From a virus: 64,000 nt of DNA. The notes under the pieces are model-generated. The model saw only the letters and a list, made by a program, of their open reading frames with translations, was not told the origin of the DNA and searched no databases. The stretch covers positions 1 through 64,000 of the IMG/VR virus record IMGVR_UViG_3300047470_000395; one strand, 5' to 3'. The position numbers were made by a program, and so were the translations under genes. Numbering within the stretch: position 1 is the first letter of the stretch; each line of letters starts with the position of its first letter. Positions 1 to 8,266 of the stretch are shown here, one piece after another.

Positions 1-42
1 GCGGCCTGGCCGACGGTCTGGGCATGGACCGTTCGGCCAGGC

Positions 43-73
43 CGCGACACTAGATCCCTCCGGGCTGCACCTT
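43..73 (+). promoter_or_regulatory. Putative late promoter CGCGAC-N19-CACCTT, leaderless start at 80
   Basis: One of about 12 copies of the same bipartite motif upstream of structural genes; ATG lies 6 nt after the -10-like box. Confidence 0.65.
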
Positions 74-79
74 CCGGCC

Positions 80-1876
80 ATGTCCCGCACGCAGCCCCCC
101 ACCTCGAGACTCCGTGTCGCCCCCGCACGCGAGGAGCTGCAGCGGGCACGGAAGCCCGGCGTCGTTTCCCGTGACGCCGCCAACGTTGCCGACATCCTGC
201 TGCGCGCCCCGGTCGCCGCCCGCCGCCACGCCTTCAAGCACGACATCAGCGTCCGCGAGCGGCCGTACGTCATGCGGGAAGTGGAGCGGGCCACCGGCTC
301 CCTGTACGGCCTGTGGCGGGACACCCCCTCGGGCTTCGTCGAGGACGTCCTGGGCGAGTCCATATGGAGCCTGCAGCGCGAGGTCCTGGACGCGCTCGTC
401 GACCACAAGCGCGTCGCCGTCCCCGCAGGCTTCGGCGTCGGCAAGACCCACCTCGCCGCGCGCGCCGCCGTCTGGTTCGTCAACGTCTACCCGGTCGGCA
501 CCGCGCTCTGCATCACCACCGCCACCCGCTTCCGCCAGGTCCAGCGGCAGCTCTGGCCCCACATCCGCAAAGTCGTCCCCCGCGCCGGCCTGCCCGGCAC
601 CTGCGACACCGTCCAGTACAAGATGCCGACCCCGCAGGGGCACGACTTCGTCGCCGCCTACGGCTTCTCCGCGCCCGCCAACGACGAGGCCGCGATGCAG
701 GGCATCCACATGGCCCACATCCTCCTGATCGTCGACGAGGCGGGCGGTATCGCCCCGATGATCGGCCACGGCACCAACAACCTCCTGACCGGCGGCCACG
801 CGGCGATGCTGGCCATCGGCAACCCGGCGATGGACGACCCGGCGAGCTGGTTCGAGGAACTGTGCATCGAGGGCGACGACCCCGACGAGCCGACGACCAT
901 CACCCTGCCGATCTCCTCCCTCGACTCCCCGGCGATCACGGGGGAGCGGGTCCCGTACTGCACGGACTGCCCCGACTCCACGCACGACCGGCACACCCTC
1001 GCCCGGCACATGCCAGACCAGGACTGGGTGGACCGCACCATCCGCTCGTACGGCGAAGATCACCCGTACGTCATTGCGAAGGTCTACGCACGATTCCCGA
1101 AGGGCGGAGGTGGTCTCGTCCTCCCGCCCACCTGGATCGACGGCGCCCTGAGCGCCCCGAACCCAGAGGGCCCCGGCTGGCACCGCCTGTGCGACCTCGG
1201 CCTCGAGGGCGAGACAGCCACGCACACCGTGAAAGAGGGCGCCTGGGTACGCCTGGGCGTCGACGTCGCCGCAGATGGCGGCGATGAGTTCACCATCGCC
1301 CGCTCCGTCGGGGACGTCATCGAGAACCGGCACGCCTCCGCCGGATCCGTCAACGACAACCAGGTGAAGGTCGCCGAGCGCGTCCTCGAGGAGATCCTCG
1401 CCGCGCAGCGCCTGGCCGACGCCCTCAACAGCCCGCACCCCGTCCGCGTCAAGGTCGACAAGAACGGCATCGGCCACGGCGTGACCGGCATGCTCGAGCG
1501 CTGGGCCGAGACCGGCCGCCACAAGGCGCAGATCGTCGGCGTCATGGTCTCCGAGAACCCCACCCAGGACGACCCGGGCGCCGTCATGCGCCCGTACCGC
1601 AAGCGTGACGAGATGTGGCTCGCCACCAGGGCACTCCTGCAGCCGGACCCGTCGACCGGCACCGGCCGCCTGCGGTTCTGCTTCGACAAGAAGACCGCGG
1701 CGCAGCTCTCCACCCCGAAACTCCTGTCGAACGCCGGCGGCTACTCCGTCGTAGAGTCCAAGAAGCAGATGAAGCAGCGGGGCATGAAGTCACCCGACCG
1801 GGCCGAGGCTGTCCTCCTGGCCCTGTACGAGCCGGAGCCGATCAACCCGCCGCGCCGCCGCGGCCTGCTCAACTAG
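80..1876 (+). CDS. terL: Phage terminase large subunit
   Basis: 598 aa; Walker A AGFGVGKT, Walker B LLIVDEAGG, motif IGNP, RNase H-like nuclease GVDVA...D and C-terminal KSPDRAEA. Confidence 0.9.
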   Translation: MSRTQPPTSRLRVAPAREELQRARKPGVVSRDAANVADILLRAPVAARRHAFKHDISVRERPYVMREVERATGSLYGLWRDTPSGFVEDVLGESIWSLQREVLDALVDHKRVAVPAGFGVGKTHLAARAAVWFVNVYPVGTALCITTATRFRQVQRQLWPHIRKVVPRAGLPGTCDTVQYKMPTPQGHDFVAAYGFSAPANDEAAMQGIHMAHILLIVDEAGGIAPMIGHGTNNLLTGGHAAMLAIGNPAMDDPASWFEELCIEGDDPDEPTTITLPISSLDSPAITGERVPYCTDCPDSTHDRHTLARHMPDQDWVDRTIRSYGEDHPYVIAKVYARFPKGGGGLVLPPTWIDGALSAPNPEGPGWHRLCDLGLEGETATHTVKEGAWVRLGVDVAADGGDEFTIARSVGDVIENRHASAGSVNDNQVKVAERVLEEILAAQRLADALNSPHPVRVKVDKNGIGHGVTGMLERWAETGRHKAQIVGVMVSENPTQDDPGAVMRPYRKRDEMWLATRALLQPDPSTGTGRLRFCFDKKTAAQLSTPKLLSNAGGYSVVESKKQMKQRGMKSPDRAEAVLLALYEPEPINPPRRRGLLN

Positions 1877-1926
1877 TCGGCGACAAGTGCATCCGCCAGG
1901 GCGGAAAGCGTGCAATATCTTGTGCC

Positions 1927-2973
1927 ATGAGTTCGACCGCTCATCACCCCAGCGATAGCGGCGACCGCCCAACCCCGGCGGCCGCCCTTTCCGCAGTGCC
2001 CCAGCCCGCGCCCGCGCTGCGCGAGCTCGAGCGGGTCCTGGACGTGTTCCGGACGGTCAACCGCAAGGCCAAGGACGTCGTGTCGGACTCCCGCCTGCAG
2101 CAACTCGAATGGGTCGCGGGCGAGCTCGCCCTGGCGCTCCCCCTCGGCCTCACCGAGACCGCCGGCGACTCCCTCGCCGAGCTGCTCGCCCCGGACGCCG
2201 TGCACGCTTACCTGCTCTACGGGCGCGGCGGCTACCTGCGGACCGCGCCCATAGTGGCCACCGACCCGGCCAGCTACGACACCTCGGAACGCATCCGGAT
2301 CTTCTGCCTCGGCATCATCGCCGAGCAGGCCCGGATCGAGTTCGAGGCACCCGACCTTCCACCGTGGGGACTGCGTCCCACCGTCTCCCCGAAGAAGGCC
2401 GACCTCATCACGGACCACCTGGAGGAGCAGGCCAAGCAGTGGGCCGAGGTTGACCGGCCGGACGTCATCGTCCGCGGCCTGGCCATGTGGGGCGTCATGC
2501 GGGACACCCTGCCGCGCCTGGGCGAGCTGGAGTCCATGCTCGTCGAGGACATGGTGCTCGAGGGGAAGACCCCTGTCGCGCTCACGATCGTGCGCCAGCC
2601 CCAGGGAGGCCTTCGCGGGAAGATGCCCGAACCGGAGATCGTCGGACTGTCCCCGGACACCGGCCGCCGTATCGAGGACTGGCTCGTACGCCGCACCGGC
2701 CTGATGACCCGGCTGCAGGGCGGCGTGCCCCGGCACCTGTGGCTGTCTGCTTGGCACCCCAACACCGGAGTCCCCATCGACCGGCGCGGCATCAGCCGCT
2801 GGTACAAGGGCGTCGCCGACGAGGTCCAGGTCAAGCAGGACGCCGAGGGGACGCCGGAGGAGGAACTGGTGCCGACCAGGTGGGAGACGATGCGCCGCAC
2901 CCTCCTTGCGCAGCGGCAGGCCACGGGAACCGCACCCGACCAGCGCGGGAAGCTACTGCCGCCGCCTGCATAG
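1927..2973 (+). CDS. Degenerate tyrosine-recombinase-fold protein
   Basis: DTLPRLGELESMLVEDM resembles box I (R-x-x-EL); WETMRRT resembles HxLR; the C-terminal catalytic Tyr region appears absent; start at ATG 1927. Confidence 0.5.
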   Translation: MSSTAHHPSDSGDRPTPAAALSAVPQPAPALRELERVLDVFRTVNRKAKDVVSDSRLQQLEWVAGELALALPLGLTETAGDSLAELLAPDAVHAYLLYGRGGYLRTAPIVATDPASYDTSERIRIFCLGIIAEQARIEFEAPDLPPWGLRPTVSPKKADLITDHLEEQAKQWAEVDRPDVIVRGLAMWGVMRDTLPRLGELESMLVEDMVLEGKTPVALTIVRQPQGGLRGKMPEPEIVGLSPDTGRRIEDWLVRRTGLMTRLQGGVPRHLWLSAWHPNTGVPIDRRGISRWYKGVADEVQVKQDAEGTPEEELVPTRWETMRRTLLAQRQATGTAPDQRGKLLPPPA

Positions 2974-2982
2974 GGTGCGCCC

Positions 2983-3567
2983 GTGCTCCTCTCCGACAAA
3001 GACATCCGCAAGGCCATAGCCGACGACCGGCTGGGCATCGCCCCCTTCGACGACGCGATGGTGCAGCCGGCGTCCGTCGACGTGTGCCTGGCCCGCCAGT
3101 TCCGGGTCTTCGAGAACCACCGCGCCACCCACATCGACCCGGCCGAGGAACAGCCCGACCTCACCAGGCTCGTGGAGCCGGAGGGCGACGAACCGTTCAT
3201 CCTGCACCCCGGGGAGTTCGTCCTCGCGTCGACGCACGAGGTCATCACCCTGCCCGACGATCTCGCCGCCCGCCTCGAGGGCAAGAGCTCCCTCGGCCGG
3301 CTGGGACTGGTCACCCACTCCACCGCCGGGTTCATCGACCCCGGCTTCTCCGGCCACGTCACCCTCGAGCTGTCCAACCTGGCGAACCTGCCGATCAAGC
3401 TGTGGCCCGGCATGAAGGTCGGCCAGTTGTGCGTGTTCGCCCTGTCCAGCCCGGCCGAGCACCCGTACGGCAGCACCGAGTGCGGCTCCCGCTACCAGGG
3501 ACAGCAAGGGCCGACCGCGTCCCGCTCGAGCCGGGACTTCCACCGCACTGTCGTACCCCACTCGTAG
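2983..3567 (+). CDS. dcd: dCTP deaminase
   Basis: [45 protein letters not shown] motifs; TAGGGT box 6 nt upstream suggests leaderless transcript. Confidence 0.95.
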   Translation: MLLSDKDIRKAIADDRLGIAPFDDAMVQPASVDVCLARQFRVFENHRATHIDPAEEQPDLTRLVEPEGDEPFILHPGEFVLASTHEVITLPDDLAARLEGKSSLGRLGLVTHSTAGFIDPGFSGHVTLELSNLANLPIKLWPGMKVGQLCVFALSSPAEHPYGSTECGSRYQGQQGPTASRSSRDFHRTVVPHS

Positions 3568-3724
3568 GGTGATCGGGTGATGGAGCACCGGCCGCCCTGA
3601 TCAGCGACCGGTCCATGGTGGCCCGCGCGAACCCGTGCTCCCGGGAAGGGTTGAACCCTGGGCCACCCCCAAGATCCCCCGAGACGACGCCTGACGGCCC
3701 CCAGGGCGCTGCTACGGTCCCCGC

Positions 3725-3949
3725 ATGGACGTCGCCCAGTCTCAAGCCGCCACAGTGCCTCTCACGGCCGCCGAGCGCGCCCGGGTGGAGATCGCCGCGG
3801 CGGTCGCCGGGAAGACGTTCGACGACTTCGTGCGAGACGCCGTCCTCACCGCGGCGTACGACCCGCTCGTCGTCGCCCTCGATCGGGCCGCCGACACCGT
3901 CGCCGCCCGCGCCCAGGCCGACCAGGTCCAACACGACTACGCGGGCTGA
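3725..3949 (+). CDS. Small ribbon-helix-helix / DUF1778-like protein
   Basis: 74 aa; LTAAERARVEIAAAVAGKTFDDFVRDAVL resembles RHH antitoxin-type proteins. Confidence 0.45.
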   Translation: MDVAQSQAATVPLTAAERARVEIAAAVAGKTFDDFVRDAVLTAAYDPLVVALDRAADTVAARAQADQVQHDYAG

Positions 3950-3978
3950 ACAACCGCCCGGCCCTACACTGCCGCTCC

Positions 3979-4536
3979 ATGAAGCACCCCAAGGCGGGCG
4001 GCGCCAAAGGGCAGACGTACACGGCAACCCCGCGCCTGACGTCGTACATCACGCCGCCCGCGTCCGAGGTCACCATCACCCGTGCCGACGGCACCACAGA
4101 CACCGCGCCCGCCCTCAAGCCGAAGAAGGCCAGCACGCGCGCACCGCGGCGGTCACGGAACCGCGGCTCCCTCGTCTGCGCGTTCTGCGGATATGCCATC
4201 ACCGGCGAGGCCGCCAGCAGCACCGAGCACAAGACCCGGGGCAAACCCATCCACCCGAAGGGGACATGCCCCGAGCAGGCGCCCCCGAAGGTGCCGACGA
4301 AGCCCGACCCCGCCTCCACAATCCCGCGCGGCCGCGGGGGCACGGGCAACCCGTACAAGAGTCCGAACACGCGCGCTGTGGGCAAAGACCAGTGGGCCAA
4401 GGTCACCTGCCCGCGCTGCAGGGCAGTTCCGGACGCACTGTGCGTCGTTCAGGGGGTGACCTCCGCGGTGCCACACCAAGAGCGCATCCAGATCGTGCGC
4501 CGTGCCCTGGGGGCCGCGCAGAAGCGCAAGACCTGA
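3979..4536 (+). CDS. Basic zinc-finger protein
   Basis: CAFC...H...C and CPRC...C...H motifs; TACACT box upstream. Confidence 0.5.
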   Translation: MKHPKAGGAKGQTYTATPRLTSYITPPASEVTITRADGTTDTAPALKPKKASTRAPRRSRNRGSLVCAFCGYAITGEAASSTEHKTRGKPIHPKGTCPEQAPPKVPTKPDPASTIPRGRGGTGNPYKSPNTRAVGKDQWAKVTCPRCRAVPDALCVVQGVTSAVPHQERIQIVRRALGAAQKRKT

Positions 4537-4550
4537 CCCGGGCGCACGAA

Positions 4551-4586
4551 GGGCCCGGTACCGACGGGGGATGCGGTACCGAGCCC
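4551..4586. terminator. Stem-loop between convergent genes
   Basis: GGGCCCGGTACCG...CGGTACCGAGCCC inverted repeat. Confidence 0.6.
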
Positions 4587-4596
4587 TCCCAACAGG

Positions 4597-5769
4597 CTAC
4601 TTCCCGCGGCCGCGTGCCGCCTCGGCTTCGCTCAGGCGTGTCTCCAGGGCGCGCTCCCGGTCCGCGGCCGCGCGGAGCTGCTCCTTCGCCTGGTCCAACT
4701 CGCCGCGCAGTGAGTCGACTCGGGCCTCCTGAGTCTCCAGCCGCTTGCCCGTGCGCTCGAGCTCCGCGGCGAGGCCGGCCCGGACCGTCTCGGCCGCGTC
4801 CTTCGCCGCGGTGACCATGCCCTCGGCGTTCCGGATCGCCTGCCGCCCGTTCTCCTCGGCCTCGCTCGCGCGCGTCTCCGCGGCTACGGCCGTCCTGCGG
4901 GCCTCCACGACCTGCGCCGCGGCGGCCGCCTGCGCCTGCTCGAGCGTCGTGGTCATCTCCGCGATCTGGCGGTCGGCTTCGACCCGGGCCTTGCCCGCAG
5001 CGTCCTGGACGGCCTTGATCTCTTCCGCCGTACGCCGGCGGATATCGGCGATCTCTTGGGCCGCGCCCTGGCGGGCAGCGTTGACGTGCGTCTCGGCCAA
5101 GGTCTTCGCCTCCGCGACCAGGCGCTTAGCCTCTGCGCGGGCCTCCTCCGCCGACGCCTCCGCCGCCTCGGCCCTGGCGTTGGCCTCCGCGTTGATCCGC
5201 TCGACCTCGGCCTGGAAGTGGGCGCGGGCCTCCTCGAGTTCCACCTCCATCTGCTCCGCGGCCTGGTTGGCGGCGTCCCTCTCCCCCTCCGCCGCCTCCT
5301 TCGCCGCCGTCGCGGTGATCCGGAGAGTGCGCTCCCCGTCCGCGCGTGCCTCCGCCGTCGCGACTCGGGTGTTGGCCTCGCTCTCCACGGCCAGCACCTG
5401 AGCTTCGGCCGCCTCCGGATCGGTGACCGTCTGCAGGAGGCCTACGTAGCGCTCCATGGCCTTCACGCTCGCCGTGACGTGGTGGATGACCTCCTCACGC
5501 ACGTTGACGGCATCGGCCGCGGAGTCGGTGACGGGCTTGTCGGTCTCCGGCTCCTCCACGGCGGGCGCGCCGCCCGCAGCCCTGGCCCGCTTCCGCTTCG
5601 CCCGCCACGCGCTGCCGGCGTTGTGGTCCGGCCGGACGCAGTACTCCGGCGCTGGGCCGGGCGCTGACGGGTCCTTCTTCGGTTCCCGCTCGTCCCCGCA
5701 TCCGGGGAACTTGCAGGTCACCTGTTCCGCGTTCTCCCCGGCCGGGGCATCGGCGCTGGGCTCGCTCAT
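4597..5769 (-). CDS. Long coiled-coil protein with N-terminal Cys/His motif (KfrA-like, plasmid-associated)
   Basis: CKFPGC...YC...H N-terminus followed by about 300 aa of Ala/Glu-rich heptads; GGAG RBS before ATG 5769. Confidence 0.55.
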   Translation of the reverse strand: MSEPSADAPAGENAEQVTCKFPGCGDEREPKKDPSAPGPAPEYCVRPDHNAGSAWRAKRKRARAAGGAPAVEEPETDKPVTDSAADAVNVREEVIHHVTASVKAMERYVGLLQTVTDPEAAEAQVLAVESEANTRVATAEARADGERTLRITATAAKEAAEGERDAANQAAEQMEVELEEARAHFQAEVERINAEANARAEAAEASAEEARAEAKRLVAEAKTLAETHVNAARQGAAQEIADIRRRTAEEIKAVQDAAGKARVEADRQIAEMTTTLEQAQAAAAAQVVEARRTAVAAETRASEAEENGRQAIRNAEGMVTAAKDAAETVRAGLAAELERTGKRLETQEARVDSLRGELDQAKEQLRAAADRERALETRLSEAEAARGRGK

Positions 5770-5847
5770 GGACGTTGCTCTCCTGGGTCGCTTCGGTCGC
5801 TCTGGAGGTCCGGCGCCCGAGTTGTACCACACGCGAGAACCCATCCC

Positions 5848-5903
5848 ATCTCATCCCATCTCAACTCATCACGGTGAGGAGATGAGTTGAGATGGGATGA
5901 GAT
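5848..5903. repeat. Perfect 23-bp inverted repeat built from pentamer units
   Basis: ATCTCATCCCATCTCAACTCATC (5848-5870), 10-nt spacer, GATGAGTTGAGATGGGATGAGAT (5881-5903). Confidence 0.9.
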
Positions 5904-6128
5904 CCGATGCGAAAGGTGACCGTCGGGGCGCTATGCGCGCTAGAGTCGGCGCCAGTGTGGTCACGCCGCACAGACCGCCGACCCGCTACCCACGCAGCGA
6001 CGGCACCAGGTCGAAGGCTCGCCGGACACGGCTACCGGCACCCGGGCACACCCGGCGAGGGCCTCGTGTCGAATCGCCTTGCCTTGACACCTGCGGCGGG
6101 CGGCGTGGGGCCTGCCTCGGAGACTCAC

Positions 6129-6722
6129 ATGTCACGGCACGTCAGCAACGACCTCAAGGCCCGAGCCCGCGCGCTCGCCGCCCGGGAAGAGATCCCGTAC
6201 AGCGCCGCCCTCGCCCGGCTCCGCACCCCCCGCGACACGCCCGCCCGGCCAACGGACACCGCAGCGGACAACCCCAGCCGCTTCCTGCTCCCCGAGTACC
6301 TGTACGTCCCCTTCGCCGCGCCCGACCTGGGCGACGCCCGCCCCTGCGACTCCTGCCAGGGATCGGGCCTCGACGCTGAGGGGCGCACCTTCGCCCAGCC
6401 GTCCGACGGCGGCCGGCCCCCGCTCCTGATCGAGGTGGTGTGCTCCGCCTGCGAGGGCTGCGGGCGCGCCGAGCACGACCCGGAAGGCTGCGGGTGGCCG
6501 CACACGGACCCCGACATGGACGAAGGCCTGTACGACGAGGACGACTACGACGAGGAACCGCCCTGCCCCTCGTGCGCAGGCCGAGAGTTCAACTACATGC
6601 AGGGCATGCTCTCCGACGACCAGGGCGAGCCCGTCGAAGTCATCTACCTGCGGCTACCGTGCGGCTGCACCGCCGACCGGATGCGCGTCATCCTCGGCGA
6701 CCTGATCGAGGTGGCCGGCTGA
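6129..6722 (+). CDS. Hypothetical protein with CxxCxGxG zinc-finger motifs
   Basis: GGAG RBS before ATG 6129; CDSCQGSG, CSACEGCG, CPSCAG. Confidence 0.55.
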   Translation: MSRHVSNDLKARARALAAREEIPYSAALARLRTPRDTPARPTDTAADNPSRFLLPEYLYVPFAAPDLGDARPCDSCQGSGLDAEGRTFAQPSDGGRPPLLIEVVCSACEGCGRAEHDPEGCGWPHTDPDMDEGLYDEDDYDEEPPCPSCAGREFNYMQGMLSDDQGEPVEVIYLRLPCGCTADRMRVILGDLIEVAG

Positions 6723-6928
6723 TGGCCCGCCGCGAACGCGAGGACCGCGAGACTCTCCCCGGCGTCGCCGAGGTACGCCTCCGCGCCGACGAGGCGACCG
6801 CCCAGGTCGTGCTGGACGTCCTCCGCGCGAACTTCACCATCACGGCCCCGCGCGACTACCCCGGGAACCGCTGGTACTTCCAGCTCGACACCGGCAACAC
6901 CGCCGCCGACCCCGACGAAGACGAGTGA
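6722..6928 (+). CDS. Small hypothetical protein
   Basis: Coupled TGATG start; typical codon bias. Confidence 0.5.
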   Translation: MARREREDRETLPGVAEVRLRADEATAQVVLDVLRANFTITAPRDYPGNRWYFQLDTGNTAADPDEDE

Positions 6929-6930
6929 CC

Positions 6931-7244
6931 ATGACCCGCCGCCTGGTCTACGGACCGCACTGCCCGCACGACGAATGCGCCTGGACCGGCTGCGACCACG
7001 AGGAAGGGCGCGGCAACGGCATCGTCTACCCCTGCCGGTACGAGAACGACGGGTGCCCGTATTGCGGGCCCGCGGACCAGGCCGCCCCCCTCGAGCCGGG
7101 GGGCCGGAGAGGCACACCTGGAAGTGCCCCGTCTGCAGCGCCCTGACCCTGACCGCGGGCAGCCCCGACGCGCTCGAGTCTCAGGTGGCCCGCTACGGCC
7201 TCCCGCACCTCGCCGAGCACGAGAGCGCGGCCGCGTCCGCCTGA
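6931..7244 (+). pseudogene. Cys-rich small protein apparently split by a frameshift at a G run
   Basis: ORF 6931-7146 continues sensibly in the -1 frame (PERHTWKCPVC...) after G6 at 7098-7103. Confidence 0.3.
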
Positions 7245-7251
7245 GACGCCA

Positions 7252-7284
7252 CAGGGGCCCCGTACGTGACGTACGGGGCCCCTG
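7252..7284. terminator. Bidirectional terminator
   Basis: Perfect 15-bp inverted repeat CAGGGGCCCCGTACG-tga-CGTACGGGGCCCCTG between convergent genes. Confidence 0.75.
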
Positions 7285-7292
7285 CTGTCTGA

Positions 7293-7748
7293 TCACTCGG
7301 CCGGGTGCGCGTCCAGCCACCGCGACAGCTCATGCGCGGAACCGAGGACCGCCGGCCGGTTCGTCCCGAAGGCCGTGGCGCCCTTGTCCTCCCCCACCGC
7401 GATCCCGTCCTCCATCTTGTTGATCAGGACGTACGCCCCCGACCAGAACTCCGGCCCCGTGCCCTTGTCCGCGCGCATCGCCGTCCGAAGAGTCCGCACG
7501 GGCCCCATGAGCGCCTGCATCTGCTTCCAGCACGTCCCCGGCTCCTGCTCGAGGCAGCCGCCGTCCGTATCGAACTTCTCCACCGCGGCCTGGAACGTGG
7601 TGGTGGCCTCCCCCAGGCTCACCGTCTTCGCCTTCGCCGCCGGCTTCGCGTCGTCCTTGGCATCCGAGCTGCCGCAGCCGCTCACGGCCGCCACGGTCAC
7701 GGCCAGGACCACGCCCACGGCCGTCTTCCCCCACGTGTGTCTCCCCAT
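7293..7748 (-). CDS. Putative lipoprotein
   Basis: Signal peptide with lipobox VSGC. Confidence 0.7.
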   Translation of the reverse strand: MGRHTWGKTAVGVVLAVTVAAVSGCGSSDAKDDAKPAAKAKTVSLGEATTTFQAAVEKFDTDGGCLEQEPGTCWKQMQALMGPVRTLRTAMRADKGTGPEFWSGAYVLINKMEDGIAVGEDKGATAFGTNRPAVLGSAHELSRWLDAHPAE

Positions 7749-7828
7749 GACGCGCGATCATCGCACGGCCCACGGACACACGTACGAAAGAGGGCCCCGA
7801 CAGATCGTCAGGGCCCCCAGGAGCACGG

Positions 7829-8266
7829 TCACGCCCTGGTGTTGGACCTGCCTCCCAGCACGTTCACGTTCCTGATGTTGACCGTCTTCGGCCTGCGCAG
7901 CGCAGCCACGATCCTCGCGACGACGATCATGAACACGATGCTGGCGATGGTCGTACCGAACCCCGTCGCCGCGGCGAGGAGCTGACTGGCACCCGTGAGG
8001 AGGTGCCCGCCGCCCCAGGCCGCGACCCCGAAGCCGACGCCGGCGCCGACCATACGCTGAGCCTTCACGTCCAGGAGCGGCTGCGGTGCCAGGTCCCGGG
8101 GCGGGGTCGGCGGCGTCGGCTGCAGATCAGAGCGACGGATCTGCACGGACTTGTTCCGGTCGTACGGGTCCTGGACGTGCACGATCGGGTCGAGTTCGTC
8201 GCGCATCTCCACGGCGCCCACGACCGGCTGAGGGGTGTACGAGCGGATCACAGGCTTGCCGGACAT
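7829..8266 (-). CDS. Membrane protein, Spd(D)-like spread protein
   Basis: Pro-rich N-terminus, two TM segments, directly downstream of traB as in Streptomyces plasmids and AICEs. Confidence 0.5.
   Translation of the reverse strand: MSGKPVIRSYTPQPVVGAVEMRDELDPIVHVQDPYDRNKSVQIRRSDLQPTPPTPPRDLAPQPLLDVKAQRMVGAGVGFGVAAWGGGHLLTGASQLLAAATGFGTTIASIVFMIVVARIVAALRRPKTVNIRNVNVLGGRSNTRA

Noticed and set aside
1879-1920. GGCGAC after terL as another late-promoter copy
   Set aside because: No CAnnnT box at the 18-19 nt spacing
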